Shown: one piece after another, positions 1 to 13,349 of the stretch
How positions within the stretch are numbered: position 1 is the stretch's first letter
Layout: each line of letters opens with the position of its first letter
Origin: Eledone cirrhosa
Taxonomy: Eukaryota
DNA length: 64,000 nt
Reading direction: 5' to 3'
Assembly: GCA_964016885.1 (NCBI GenBank)
Contig: OZ024741.1
Span: 124,372,001-124,436,000 of the forward strand
The notes under the pieces: generated by a model
Database searches by the model: none
Told to the model about the DNA's origin: nothing
The model's input: the letters and a program-made list of their open reading frames with translations, nothing else
Made by a program: the position numbers and the translations under genes

Positions 1-704
1 AACAATTTTAAAGGTACCAGAGGAGTGAAACTTACCTTGTGAGATTCACCGTTGACCCCTTAATATTACCCCTTAATATCCTGCACTCCATGAAACCAAA
101 TTAGCGAGACATTATTAAAAGGTAAAACAAAAACAAAAACTATGACTGCATCACGTACGAACTATAAGTCATTCTTTTAATTCATTTTACATTTTCAAGT
201 AGTAAATATTCTAAGAAAATGTGTATGCATTAATAAACCACATTAGACACAAATTAAAATAAACAGTTCAATTATCAAACGTCTTTTTTAGATATTTTCT
301 GCTAAATCATTAAAAGATGTTTAGAGTTAATATTATTCCGCATTCTCTCTATCATTCTCCTTCGCACACATGCATATGTATGATTTACCTCTCTTTGTGT
401 GTATACGTATGTGTTTTTGATTGCAAGCAAATTTCAATGTGTATAATTGTATTTCTCTGTTGACTTTATTATTTGGCAACACACAGTAAATTGGCGTGAA
501 AAGGCCTCGAGTTATCGTTTAGATAATATTAATTCGTGTCATTTCGGATTTTCCGTTCACCTCACATAACAACGATGATGCTTAAAAATAAACATTTAAT
601 ATTCGTTGCAATTTTCGAAATAATGAAATTTTAGTGTAGAATTTTCTGGTTTGAATTATGTTAGATATAGGCTGAGGCAACGAATTAAAAGAGCAGTTAT
701 CACG

Positions 705-840
705 TCAGATTGACTGATTGGTAGGATTAACTTCAGCTCTTACACCTTTGATTTCAAATCCTGGCGCGGTCATCCTTGCTTTTCATTATTCTGGTGTCTA
801 TAAAATAAAGAACTAGTCGGTTACTGAGGTCACATTCCAG
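705..840 (+). mobile_element. Degenerate tRNA-derived SINE (family S1)
   Basis: B-box-like 'gatttcaaatcc' followed by 'ttgcttttcat...ataaaataaagaactagt...actgaggtc', shared with copies at ~12.1, 22.9, 28.6 and 33.2 kb. Confidence 0.5.
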
Positions 841-1965
841 AATTATTAGGATTTACACAAGTCTCCTCTCCTTTGTGCTTTTACATATACAGTGATTCCT
901 CCTTGCTTCTTATAATTGCTTTGAGATCTGCTCATGATGGCAATATGCTACTTCTCGTATATATATATATATATATATAAAAGGGGAAGCTTAGTAAAAT
1001 CGAAGCAAAGTCGACCTACAATAAGGAATGAGTAGCAAAGCACTCAATCCTTAGAGTAATAACATACGTTTAAATAGCTTGACAAATTGAAAATTGTGGT
1101 AAGCAAAACCCATCCATAAAATACCAAAGTAACGAAAGAACTAATCAGGTTAAAAACAGACCTGGACAGATCGGACGATACTTTGCAATACGTCCGATAT
1201 GTTTCTATGAATCCGAAATCATCTCTCCAATTTACGTAACACGTAAGCTTGTGATATTGCATGATCGAACCAGGGATTCATTTAATCAACAGGCATTCCG
1301 TTCTATTGCTTCAAACTGAAATATATATATATATATATATATATAAATGAAAATAGAGAAATTAATGTGAGCAAGAAGCCAACAGTATTTCATAATATAT
1401 AAGTGACTATAACGTCAAGATGGAAAATATTTAACGTAAGATATGGGAAAATAATTCAAACTCAATTCAAAAATGTCAAGACAGATATTTTATCCACAAA
1501 TTTTGTGAAAACCAGGGAAAAAACCAATAGAGTCTTAACACAGAATAAAATTAAGGTTAAATACTTATCCTTCAATTTGGAAAAACAACAAATGCTCTAT
1601 ATAGTCTTAAAAAGACTATTTCACGAAACTTTTCAGGGGGGTTAGTCATGGTTGGAGTGGTTCATCAGTAGAGATCAAACACGATAACCAAAAATCCTGC
1701 TAAAATATGCCAGAAAGGGAATTTAAAAGCAGGCTAGTACACCTCGTGTGGAATTATGAAAATAAACACACATGGAGAACAAGGCTAATGACGTCAGAAT
1801 GAGACAAATGTCTGTTTACAAGAAACAGCAGTCAAAACATTCCGAAAAAAACTCAACAAAAGGTATGGAGTTCAGCATATAGAAATATTATCGCGGTTTT
1901 TATTTTTAAAAATACCGGGATTAGTAAAATAATTTTCACCACACTAGGAAAAATTCCGAGTATAA

Positions 1966-2009
<44 letters not shown>

Positions 2010-2020
<11 letters not shown>

Positions 2021-3230
2021 TAAAGCTGAGTGTCGTGTGTATGTATTATGTATGTATCCTACACACCTCCCTATAGTTTCTTAGCTTTACTCTCTCCGTC
2101 GCTCTTCCCTCTCTTTATAATAGATAATTCCCTCTATCTATAATTTAACTGCTTTACTCTCTCTCTGTCGCTTTTCACTCTCAAATATTATAAAGCTGAG
2201 CGTCGTCTCTCTCTCTCTCTTTCACCCGCTCTATAATTTAACTGCTTTATTCTCTGTCTCTCTTCACTCTCTATATGACAACACTCTTTTACTTTCCGTT
2301 GAGATGAGCGTCGTATGTAAATTCGGTCAACACATGTATCGTACACACCTCCCTATAATTTCTTAGCTTTACTCTCTCCGTCGCTCTTCCCTCTCTCTAT
2401 AATAGATCATTCCCCCTCTCTATAATTCAACTGATTTACTCTCTCTGTCGCTCTTCACTCTCTAATATTATAAAGCTGAGCGTCGTCTCTCTCTCTCTCT
2501 CCCTCTTTCACCCTCTCTATAATTTAACTGCTTTACTCTCTGTCTCTCTTCACTCTCTCTATATTACAATACTCTTTTATTTTCCGTATCTACCTTCAAT
2601 ATATCAATATATACCCAGGTTCTGCTGCACGTCGGGCTGAGGGGGCCAAACTCCTCAAATACCGATCGGTCTCCGACAGGTTTGTGGTCGTACCCCTGGC
2701 AGTGTAGACTGCTGGTGTCCTCAGCCCCAGGGCTACCTCCTTACTCACCACCATAGGCGCTGAGCTGGTCAGCCGCAGGTGTGAGCCCCGCCAGTTGGTG
2801 TGATTTTCCAGCGCTTCTCCTTTGCCGTCCTCCGGGGAAACGCCTTTTCCATTCTGTCCACCGGGGCTGTGTGTGGGCCCCTCACATACCGTTGTAGTTG
2901 TTGTATACAGATTTTAACTCATCAATCCCATTATTTATATCATATATCAACATAGAGATGTATGTTTATTATATAGCGTCGTATGTATGTTTATTTCAAA
3001 AGGATAACCTCCTTCAAATTCGGTCAACACTCAAGCAGGTAATACATACATCAAAAGGCAACCCTCTTAAAGAGACAGAGAGTGAAAGAGACAGATTAGG
3101 AAAACTACACAGACACACATACACACACACACACACACATTTAAAGAGAGAGAGAGGAGAGAGAAAGAGAGAATGATTGTCTGAGAGAGCCACCACAAAC
3201 AATAGTGGCGCCATGACAGTTCCCTGTATA
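2010..3230 (+). mobile_element. Probable non-autonomous Helitron-like element with internal tandem duplications
   Basis: Starts in (TA)n with 'aatattataaagctgag.gtcgt', repeated at ~2014, 2184 and 2464; ~280-bp CT-rich internal repeats; 'aaattcggtcaacac' twice; possible 3' hairpin gccac/gtggc but no clear CTRR end. Confidence 0.35.
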
Positions 3231-3259
3231 TTTATATATATGTATACATATATATATAT

Positions 3260-3460
3260 AACAAATTTAATATAGGAATGGCTACAACAGGACTAGAATG
3301 GTTTCATTCGAAGGAAATCATCAGGAAAGCCCAGGCTTTCAATAAAACAGTTCTAGTCCTGTAGAAGCCACTTCTATATTAAATTTGTTGTATACAATCT
3401 ACTAATCTATTGGGTACCTTACTTACTGCGGTTATCCCCGATTGAACCTGGGTCGCACGT
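3260..3460. mobile_element. Fold-back PLE-terminus remnant, HHR family F1 (degenerate HHR on minus strand ~3280-3330)
   Basis: Inverted arms 3260-3305 and 3344-3390; minus-strand CTGATGA...GAAA; tail 'taccttacttactgcggttatccccga' shared with copies at 30610 and 63761. Confidence 0.7.
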
Positions 3461-4166
3461 ACACACACACACACACATATATATATACATATATATTTAT
3501 ATATATATATATATATACGACGGGCTTTAGCATGTGGATCTCAACCATTTTTCCCTCAGAAGGGTTTGGTTGGTCCAAAGCTAAATTGGATGTAACACAA
3601 ATTACTGGGAAGCAAATGTCTTTACGAAACAAACAGCCATAAAACCGTGTGAGATAGCACACATTATAACACAGCTTAATATGATATATTTCAAAGATAA
3701 CTAGCAAAACATTAACTCCACTAAAGTGATAGCTGCGCTCAAATGTAACTTCATAAATATTATCTGTCATGGTAATTTTTCAAAAGTGTCTATTTTTGCT
3801 CCTTCCTATGGGCTATCATAGAAAACCAAAACATTTTAAATCAAATTGAATTATATGTGTAATTAAATTTTCAGATCTAACAGCAACACAACTTGGCGAT
3901 GCATGCTGATACCATCTCTTAGACTTTAATTGTAGATATCTTTCTGGTGGAAGCAAGCACTAAAATCTCGTTAATGTTCTGTAGATTCTGTATATTTTGT
4001 GTTGGGCAAGTACTGGTTAGACTATCTGATGCGTCATCTGTCGGATTCAACGATGATCATACATTTTCTTCAAGTCTCTTACTTATATCATAGATCTCAT
4101 TTTTTATCGACCTGGAAGGACGCATGCGAGAAACACGAAAACACAAACATAAACGCAGACATGGAC

Positions 4167-4282
<116 letters not shown>

Positions 4283-4475
4283 AATATACGTACAGATACA
4301 ATATATATATATATATATTATAAATATACGTATAGATATAATATATATATACATATATATATATTATATAAATACACGTATAGATATAGTATATATATAT
4401 ATTATATATATATATATATAAGTATATATATATATATTATATATATATATAATTATACATATAGATATAAGTACA

Positions 4476-4540
<65 letters not shown>

Positions 4541-4679
4541 TATACATATATATATAATATATATATATACAGTATATTATATATATATAAGTATACATAT
4601 AGATATTATATCTATACATAATATTTATATATATATTATATTTATAAGTATACATATAGATATGATATATATATATATA

Positions 4680-4870
4680 GTAATAATAATAATAATAATT
4701 GTGAAGACTAAAATCCAAAGTGGGCTGAATAAGATTAAATATTTATCACATATATAAGAACACTAGAGCAAATATTTATTAAAATAACAGATTAAAGCTT
4801 AAGCAAAGAATCGCTACTTTCACCATTATCGTCTTCCTGTTTTCCTTCGGTTGCAACGTTTTTCGAAATA
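4680..4870 (-). mobile_element. Naiad-1 PLE 3' terminus fragment
   Basis: Matches 60975-61200 and the reverse complement of 44980-45215. Confidence 0.75.
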
Positions 4871-5203
4871 TTTTTGCCTTTGTCACCTTCATTTCAGCCT
4901 TAAAGAATTAGCTTCTAAAGAATTTCTCTTTTCTTTAAACCATTGAACCCCACCCATCCTGTACGCACCTGTCCTACAGGAATTGTTAGTCTAAGTGATA
5001 CACAACGATAGGTATTCCAATTTTGAACTTGCTTACTGTATTCTTTCTGCCTTTGTTAATGTTATAGCTTTAAAGTATTAGCTTTTAATAAACTCCCTTT
5101 TCTTTAATCACTTCAACCAATGACTTACACCCATCCCCATCCCCATTCTCTCCTACCACCAGATAAGGAAAGATATAAATACTACCATTTTACTTGTACA
5201 GCC

Positions 5204-5254
5204 AGCTTCCTGATGATTTCTCACGAATGAAACAGTTCTAGTCCTGTAGAAGCT
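5204..5254 (+). ncRNA. Type I hammerhead ribozyme (F1)
   Basis: agcttc-CTGATGA-t.ttc/tcac/gaa.t-GAAA-cag/ttctagtc/ctg-TA-gaagct; 6-bp stem I; predicted cleavage after GUA at 5248. Confidence 0.85.
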
Positions 5255-5339
5255 CCACTATATTAAAACTTTATATATATATATATATATATATAAGTAT
5301 GCATATAGATATCTACTACGGACTCCTATATTCAAATTT

Positions 5340-5468
5340 ACTTACAGAGCATTGGTCTCCACAAAACTATATTAAAGAACATTTGCCTAATGTGTCGCAC
5401 AGTGATGCTGAACCCAAACCCAAGTAGTTTCAAATCAAACTTCTTAACCACACAGCCAGGCCTGCACC
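5340..5468 (-). mobile_element. tRNA-derived SINE head (family S2)
   Basis: Minus strand reads 'ggctgtgtggttaagaagtttg...gggttcag...ggcaaatgt' (A/B-box-like); similar copy at ~32760. Confidence 0.55.
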
Positions 5469-6061
5469 TAAATATGATTTTATTATTTACGGATACTTCG
5501 TTAATATGTAAATTTAGTTGAAATTCATCCGGCTTTTACTGGAATATCGCTGCTATAACACTCTAGTTATAAATATGTCCTATATATGTTTGAATGTAAT
5601 AGAAATATCCAAAAAAGTAAATTTATCCTGACAGTGGTATGTTTCCTGAAAGACAGACATTTTCCTGCTTACCTCTCTAGAGATAGGTTCTATTTTCAGG
5701 TAAAACAGTTTTAGAACATTGATTAATATGAAAGTGTTATCTTCTTCCAAGTGACTGCATCGTTTATATGGCCTGTTCCTTACGAATTGGTAATAAATAG
5801 TTAAATTCGTATCTTTACTTTCTAAAAGCAGCCATAGGCACGATATATTTTGACGATGTATGTATGAGATATATTTAAGATATACGCTTTGTATTAGGGA
5901 CGTAAGAAACGAAAATATCTTATGGACATATGTCGCCATCGATCATTACCTAAATTAATTTATCAATGCAACATATTGTTCATGGATAAATAAATTAAAA
6001 GAGTAGTATAGTTTTGCGGAGAGATAAATGAATGATGATATATTTAAAAACGAAAATTACT

Positions 6062-6358
<297 letters not shown>

Positions 6359-6360
<2 letters not shown>

Positions 6361-7165
6361 AAGTATGTACACGTACATACATATATATATACAGACGTAC
6401 AGAAGTATGTATATATATCTACATACATGCACACATATATATGTGTACGTATGGATTCACCGAACATTTATTATAATGCTCGGTGTGTTTGTAAGCAAAC
6501 ATCCCGTATTAAGACGTAGTGTCTAGCAACCATCGTTGCTCGTTTGTTCAACACTGAAAAAGGAACGCTGTACTAGTTTCAAGCTTATTAGCCATCGTCA
6601 GCAACGTATACCTTCCTGCCAGATTGTTGAACGTATATACTTACCTTATGCATATTAACGCTGAGTAGCCCAATTTGCATATCGAGTGGGCCAATCGGCC
6701 GGGTGCACCGAAAACGACAAACGGAAAAAATGAAACGAAATTTCATTTCCCACTCTTAGTACGGCTGTTACTTAAATATAAGTATGTACACGTACATACA
6801 TATATATATACAGACGTACAGTAGTATGTATATATATATACATACATGCACACATATATATATGTACGTATGGATTCACCGAACATTTATTATAATGCTC
6901 GGTGTGTTTGTAAACAAACATCCCGTATTAAGCCGTAGTGTCTAGCAACCATCGTTGCTCGTTTGTTCAACACTGACAAAGGAACGCTGTACTAGTTTCA
7001 AGCTTATTAGCCGTTAGCCATTAGCCGTTTTTTTTGTTTGTTTTTTTCCGTTTGTCGTTTTCGGTACACCCGGCCGATTGGCCCACTCATATGTGTACAT
7101 ACTTATATTTAAGTAACAGCCGTACTAAGAGTGGGAAATGAAATTTCGTTTCATTTTTTCCGTTT
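6359..7165 (-). mobile_element. Rearranged HHR-bearing PLE-like terminus with direct and inverted duplications
   Basis: Direct repeat 6359-6593 / 6779-7012; 7043-7088 and 7092-7163 are inverted copies of 6683-6728 and 6718-6790; flanked by (TA)n; the same end motif recurs at 41571. Confidence 0.7.
6565..6607 (-). ncRNA. Minimal type I hammerhead ribozyme (F2)
   Basis: Minus strand: acgttg-CTGACGA-t.ggct/aata/agct.t-GAAA-CTAG-TA-cagcgt; 1-bp stem III with palindromic loop CTAG. Confidence 0.85.
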
Positions 7166-7198
7166 ATATATATATACATATATGTATATATATGTATG

Positions 7199-7253
<55 letters not shown>

Positions 7254-7339
7254 GCATGACAAGAGCTGAAGTAGGGTTTTTTGAGGGTATTTTTTTATGA
7301 AAACACCACAGTAATAAAATTTGCTCCAAACGAAATACC

Positions 7340-7430
7340 CGTGTCTGAAAGAACCTGCCGAAGTAGAATCAGCCAGATCCATACAAGGACCATGTCCCGA
7401 GCTACCTGTCGGCGAAACAATTGTAACACG
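7340..7430 (+). ncRNA. Hammerhead-like ribozyme with core insertion (F3)
   Basis: cgtgt-CTGAAAGAacct-gccga...tcggc-GAAA-C/AATT/G-TA-acacg; perfect stem I; palindromic loop III. Confidence 0.65.
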
Positions 7431-7475
7431 CAATAAATTATGTTCAGATGAATCACTGATTTTTCGTTTTATTTA

Positions 7476-7524
<49 letters not shown>

Positions 7525-7877
7525 TAGAAGGAATATTTAATTTGTTGGTAATTCAACAAATGTAAATGTTTATAACTGATTCAGAGCACTCGACTGCTTT
7601 TCTGGAGTAAATATTCAATGAATATATTCATATTCAATGAATATATTCATATTCAATGAATATATTCATATTCATTGAATATATACATATTCAATATATA
7701 CATATTCACCATATATATACACACATATATGTATGTATGTATATATATATATATACATACATATATGTATGTATATATGTATGTATGTATGTATATGTAT
7801 GTATATATGTATGTATATATGTATGTATGTATATATGTACATGTATGTATATACATACATATATGTATGTATATATA

Positions 7878-8490
7878 TGGTGGCTGCCAACTCGTTTTCG
7901 AGTACGGCCACTACTTTATATCCATGTAGGAGAACCCCTACCGATGGGCTGAACGAGTGTGACTTTTTAGCCCAGCCAGCGACTTGAAAACTCTGGTACA
8001 AACACTACACTTGTGACAATTATTGACACATAGTACTGGGCCCATGGTACCATGTGATGACAAGTGCAGAGAGATCTCCAGATATAAAGTAATGCCTGTG
8101 CCGTGAAGCTTTTATAGTGAACAAAGGCACTGCACAAAGCCAGTCCCACTATCTTAACCAAGATGATATTTACCAAAAAGAAAATCAAGTCAACATCATT
8201 GGATACCATCAGGGTTGCAGGTGTTATATCAGAGTTTTCCTTCTCCTAGAATTCTGCCTTGACAAAGGCTAAGGGGTCATCTCTCCCGGTGATTTTGGAT
8301 GGCCATTGACACTTAAGAGCTCCTTTGCCCTTTGACAGGTTTTGTTTTTAGTCCTGCAGGATGTCCAAAGTCACCCTCCTCACCAAGAAACCTTGGTGGG
8401 GTTGCCAGTTTAGTCGCCAACGACCCGACCATGAGACAGGTTGTACTGGGATACATGTTACCAGTAGCACCAGCTGGTGACCTGACAAAA
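7878..8490 (+). mobile_element. ~610-bp non-coding interspersed repeat (family X), copy 1
   Basis: Near-identical copies at 10895-11440 (+) and 35308-35908 (-) with shared ends in TA tracts; 'gagttttccttctcctag' segment is reminiscent of RTE-clade UTRs. Confidence 0.75.
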
Positions 8491-8580
8491 ATATATATAT
8501 ATACATACATACATACATATATACATACATACATACATATATTTATATACATACATACATACACACATACATACATATAT

Positions 8581-8613
<33 letters not shown>

Positions 8614-8764
8614 CATACATACATACATACATACAAATATATATATACATATATACATACATATATACACATATATACATACATACATACATATATATAC
8701 ACATACATACATATATATATATATACATATACATACATATATATATATATATGTATGTATATGT

Positions 8765-8805
<41 letters not shown>

Positions 8806-9018
8806 TATGTGTACGTATGTATGTATATATATGTATGTATGTATGTATATATATATATGTATGTATGTATGTATGTGTATATATATATATGTATATATAT
8901 ATATACATACATACATACATATACATATATACATACATATACATACATACATATATATACATATATACATACATATACGTGCATAATATACATATATATA
9001 TATGCATATATATACAAT

Positions 9019-9053
<35 letters not shown>

Positions 9054-9054
9054 G

Positions 9055-9085
<31 letters not shown>

Positions 9086-9254
9086 GTATATGTATATGGA
9101 TGTATGTATGTATATATATGTATATATATATACCAATGTTGTGCAAACCAGTCTCTTTCATATACCCAGTTGAGAAAAATGTACATTTAATATTATCATT
9201 ATATACATATCATTATACATATCCCGCCGAGGGTTATGTATGTATATATATGTG

Positions 9255-9343
<89 letters not shown>

Positions 9344-9432
9344 ATAAATACATATATATTTGTATATATATGTATATATATATGTTATATGTATATATAT
9401 ATGTGTATATATATATGTATATATATATATAT
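8490..9432. repeat. Compound (TA)/(TACA)/(TATG) microsatellite containing a ~110-bp mini-repeat at 9132-9240
   Basis: Directly visible; the mini-repeat recurs at 11645-11752 (-) and 12031-12105 (+). Confidence 0.9.
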
Positions 9433-10660
9433 TTAGCTCCAACTAGTTGAGCGCTCTATGATGTAACCGATATGGTGGAGAAGAGAGGAACCAACCATGA
9501 GCTACCCCTGGAATTTCCCTCTACCATGGGGATGGAAACCCCTGACACTAGACGGACATAATAGTAACTTTCGGCAGGATAAATACGCGCAAACAAAAAC
9601 TAAGATAACCCATATTTTCCTGCACCAAATCGCTTTTGAACAGAACCCCCCTCAATTCAATCTATACATTGACAAATTTACAATCATATGGATCATTTTA
9701 CATATATGCACTCTGTGTTTTTGCATTTATTCATTATTGGTTCTTTTCTTTTGTGTACTTTATATCTGTTTTTCTATGGTTTTGTTCCGTGTGATGGAAA
9801 TTATGACTGTGTACCAGATTGACTACTGTAGTTTCCCCTCTGTTCTAATGTACGGCACTATCGTTCAATATGTGGATAGTGTAACTCTGACATTGGAACC
9901 CCTCTCAGAACTTCTTACTTAAACATCTCTCGCCATATTATTTACTCACTTCAATCTATATGTTTTTCACTCACGTCAATCTGGATGCTCACTTGAAAAT
10001 GTTTTTAAATTCTAATTGTTAATTTTTTAATTGTTTAATTTATAATTTTTTAAATTGTTTAATTTATAATTTTTGATTTAGGATTTTTAATTTTTATTTC
10101 CAACTCTCACTCATAACTTCCAATGTAAAACCATGATACCTAGAATTAAGTATATTTTCTCTTGGAAGTTGATGGTCAGTCGTACTGTCCATGCTTGGTG
10201 AGAGGTAGTATTGTGAACTGTAAAAACTAACACTCTCCCATCCCCTCTGGCTTTCGGCTGACTGGCACAGACAGGACGGGTAGCAGTAAACTATGGTACA
10301 GGCCTAGATGGCTCATTGTTTGGCTGAGAGGGTGAACTGACTAAGCGAATTTCGTTGATATCTGCAGTAGCTAATGGTCAACTTCCTTCGGACATGCGCC
10401 TGCGCAGACCAGTGGGGGTGAATTGGTACTCACGGGGGAACGGATGAAGAACCCAAAAGCACACACTTCGTCCGTTCCCATGTCGATTCAACTTGGATTG
10501 CCTCGGAAACATAACCTTATTATGTAACAAGCTGTCTGATGATGTCACGACACTCGCACACAGAACAGTGTGGCCAGTGTTGTCGTTGAAATATATATCA
10601 CAGCATTATTATTAAAGAACTTGAACATCTGAAACTACTTCGCTTTTATTTATTCGATAT
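9433..10660 (+). mobile_element. Probable PLE 3' region ending in HHR plus tail
   Basis: TA-flanked; ends in HHR F4 and tail 'attaaagaacttgaacatctgaaactacttcg', which recurs at ~30965-31022; no reliable ORF. Confidence 0.5.
10531..10604 (+). ncRNA. Type I hammerhead ribozyme (F4)
   Basis: gctgt-CTGATGA-long stem II (acgacac...gtgttgtcgt)-GAAA-T/ATAT/A-TC-acagc; predicted cleavage after AUC at 10599. Confidence 0.85.
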
Positions 10661-10861
10661 GTATATATATATATATATAAATGTATATATGTATATAAAT
10701 GTATATATATATATATATATATATAAATACATTTATACATATATATAAATATATATATATATACGTATATATATACATATAACATATATATATACATATA
10801 TATACATATATATTCATATATATACATATATATATATACATATATATATATTTGTGTTTGT

Positions 10862-10894
<33 letters not shown>

Positions 10895-10895
<1 letters not shown>

Positions 10896-11440
10896 GGTGG
10901 CTGCCAACTCGTTTTCGAGTACGGCCAATACTTTATATCCATCTAGGAGAACCCCTACCGATGCGCTGAACGAATATGACTTTTTAGTCCAGCCAGCGAC
11001 TTGAAAACTCTGGTACAAACACTACACCTGTGACAATTATTGACACATAGTGCTGGGCCCATGGTACCATGTAACGACAAGTGCAGAAAGATAGCCAGAT
11101 ATAAAGCAATGCCTGTGCCGTGAAGCTTTTATAGTGAGCAAAGTCACTGCACAAAGCCAGTCCCACTCTCTTAACCAAGATGATATTTACCATAAAGAAG
11201 AACAAGTCAACATCATTGGATACCATCAAGGTTGCAGGTGTTATATCAGAGTTTTCCTTCTCCTAGAATTCTGCCTTGACAAAGGCTAAGGGGTCATCTC
11301 TCCCGGTGATTTTGGATGGCCATTGACTCTTAAGAGCTCCTTTGCCCTTTGACAGGTTTTGTTTTTAGTCTTGCAGGATGTCCAAAGTCACCCTCCTCAC
11401 CAAGAAACCTTGCCAGTTTAGTCGCCAACGACCAGACCAT
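10895..11440 (+). mobile_element. Family X repeat, copy 2, 3'-truncated and fused to a PLE-P1 ORF-end fragment (11441-11480)
   Basis: Matches 7878-8432; the following 'agactagaactcaacacccaatttata' matches 14171-14197. Confidence 0.75.
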
Positions 11441-11526
11441 AGACTAGAACTCAACACCCAATTTATACATATAACTTGATATGTATATATGTATGTATGT
11501 ATATTTATGTATATGTGTGTGTGTAT

Positions 11527-11644
<118 letters not shown>

Positions 11645-11769
11645 CATATCCCTCGGCGGGTTATGTATAATGATATGTATATAATGATAATAATAAATGT
11701 ACATGTTTCTCAACTAGATATATGAAAGAGGCTGTTCTGTACATCGTTGGTGTATATATATATATATAA

Positions 11770-11841
11770 AAACCAACCAAACAGTGAGTGTGTTCTTAAT
11801 TCTTACAATATCATTACACAAATATGACCCTCCCCAAGTAT

Positions 11842-11850
<9 letters not shown>
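11770..11850 (+). mobile_element. PLE-P3 extreme 3' tail fragment
   Basis: Matches 26463-26542 and the reverse complement of 54105-54185. Confidence 0.7.
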
Positions 11851-11902
<52 letters not shown>

Positions 11903-12104
11903 TATACATAAATATACATACATATATATACTTACATACATACATATATACATATGTATGTATAAGTATGTATGTATATATGTATATATATGTATGTATA
12001 TGTATGTATATGTGCGTGTATATATATATATACCAAAGGTGTACAAAACAGTCTCTTTAATATATCTAGTTGAGAAACATGTACATTTATTATTATCATT
12101 ATAT

Positions 12105-12210
12105 ATCCGGCTGAGGTTAACTTTGCCTTTCACCATAAAATAAAGTAACAGTCATGCACTAGGGTCGATTTAATCGACTTTCCCCTCCCCCAAAATGCAT
12201 GGCCTTGTAC
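12105..12210 (+). mobile_element. SINE S1 3' fragment
   Basis: 'gaggttaactttgcctttcaccataaaataaagtaacagtcatgcactagggtcgatttaatcgact'. Confidence 0.55.
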
Positions 12211-12260
12211 CTATATAGGAAACCATTATTATTACTATATATATATATATATATATATGC

Positions 12261-12328
<68 letters not shown>

Positions 12329-12442
12329 GTTTGTATATGTATAATAAAGCCAAAACAATGCAGGTATGGACATAGAATAAAGAATGTAAATGCAAAAGAT
12401 ATTGTTGACAATTAGTCTTTTACCTTAGATTTATTTAAATGT

Positions 12443-12477
12443 CCTTAATTTTCGAGATAATGTCTCTTCTTCAGAGG
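12443..12477 (-). ncRNA. Candidate ultra-minimal hammerhead (F5)
   Basis: cct-CTGAAGA-a.gaga/catta/tctc-GAAA-AT-TA-agg; more degenerate copies at ~14632, 39390 and 41460; stem III is nearly absent. Confidence 0.5.
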
Positions 12478-13349
12478 GAAGTAAAGCTGTTAAACCAGTG
12501 TTCTAAATAGCTTGCCAAGTCATGCTGACAGGAAATGGTATAGAGTATCTGTTCTATCTCTAATGTCAAAGAGTTAAAATTAGGTGGATAAAGAGTAGTC
12601 TCCCTTTAAAAGGGTTTTTTTTGTTGTTTTTTTGTATAATGCCTGTTTAAGTGTGTGGGAGAATGCATGAAGGTGTAAGTATGTGAGTGTGTGTGTGTGA
12701 GTGTGAGACGATATGTCTATACGTAAATGTGGGGGATAGATGTTATCTCGTGTTAGAACTGGTTTTGTGTGTGTATGTGTGAGAGAGAATAAGTGGAGGT
12801 GTAAGCGTGTGTGTGTGCGTGCGTGTGTGCGTGTGTGTGTGGGGTGTGTGTGTGTAAATTTGGGGCTAGAAGCTCTATCAAGTTATAAATTGGGTGTTGA
12901 GTTCTAGTCTATTATTGATTGGTAGTTGTGTTTTGTCTATACTTAGTGCTTCCTTACTTCTAAGATTGCCGAAATTTCTTTCCTTAGTTTCTATCCTAAC
13001 TGTTATGGTTTTGTCGGTGTTTTGGCATTTAACTAGGTGTTTCTTAATGAGGAAGCGTTAGTATTGAGGTGTTCTTTGATTCTTATGTGGAGTGGTCTGG
13101 TGGGGCTAGCTACGTAGAAGTTGTTGCATTTGTCACACTCTAGTCTGTATACGACGTAAGCCTGGTGGCATAGGTCTGTGTCGTTGATGGAGCAGTTGGC
13201 TAGTCTGCAGCAGTTGTCATGTCTGGTGGAGTGTCTTTTGGTTAGCTGTCCGCGTAGAGAAGGACCTGAGAGGGCCAGTTGGATATCTAGTCCCTCTCGT
13301 CTGATAGCTCTGCTACATACGCATCCTTGCATCATCTCGTGAGGAGCAA

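Noticed and set aside
7610-7685. 21-bp tandem repeat 'atattcaatgaatatattcat' resembling an array
   Set aside because: Simple minisatellite without spacers; not CRISPR
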